DNA from: Botryllus schlosseri
Lineage: Eukaryota
Reading direction: 5' to 3'
NCBI GenBank assembly: GCA_051294905.1
Contig: CM119379.1
Location: 20,150,001-20,183,000, forward strand
Length of the DNA stretch: 33,000 nt
Below are positions 32,812 through 33,000 of this stretch, piece by piece; within the stretch, counting starts at the first letter, position 1, and the number at the start of each line of letters is the position of its first letter. The notes below the pieces were generated by a model. The model was not told the origin of the DNA, made no database searches, and saw nothing but the letters and a program-made list of their open reading frames with translations. The position numbers and the translations under genes were made by a program.

Positions 32812-33000
32812 CTAAAAACACAAAAAATGGATTGGCTTAACAACTGAAATAACACCAAAACTGGACAGATTCAGAAAGGATTCTGATTTGAAGGCTTAGG
32901 CGTACCTTTACATGCATAATTTGGGAGCCTATGATTTGTTGTTGAAAATATTATCAATTTCAAGTGAGAGCACTTTTAAATGGATCAATTAGTTCACAGA

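Overview
Eukaryotic, AT-rich DNA with compact introns (many 50-90 bp), typical of a compact invertebrate genome such as an ascidian (inference; the taxon cannot be proven here). Manual exon reconstruction indicates almost the whole window is the interior of one very large minus-strand gene whose start and stop both lie outside the window; my rough estimate is over 4,000 aa encoded here. N to C (high to low coordinates): (i) 29 complete copies plus one partial of an unrecognised ~79-aa, 4-Cys module (YPxxCxxYYGPHxTxCLxTxWxxxxCLxxGxxYP...MN[IL]R / ...AD.G...C[FY]GLG), usually encoded by a 154+83 bp exon pair; (ii) C-type lectin domains (CTLDs) and one EGF-like exon; (iii) a ricin-B-like trefoil and a Link-like module; (iv) at least 12 sushi/CCP domains with a second ricin-B-like trefoil. 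Several domains appear inserted inside other domains: a CTLD in a CTLD, a ricin trefoil in a sushi domain, and a Link module before an orphan CTLD C-half. Introns carry non-autonomous TIR elements with 8-bp TSDs (hAT-like). These include a 3.5-kb nested composite whose TSD duplicates a probable 3' splice site. Splice joins at about 9090-8952 and 7750-6925 could not be resolved, so single-gene continuity there is inferred.
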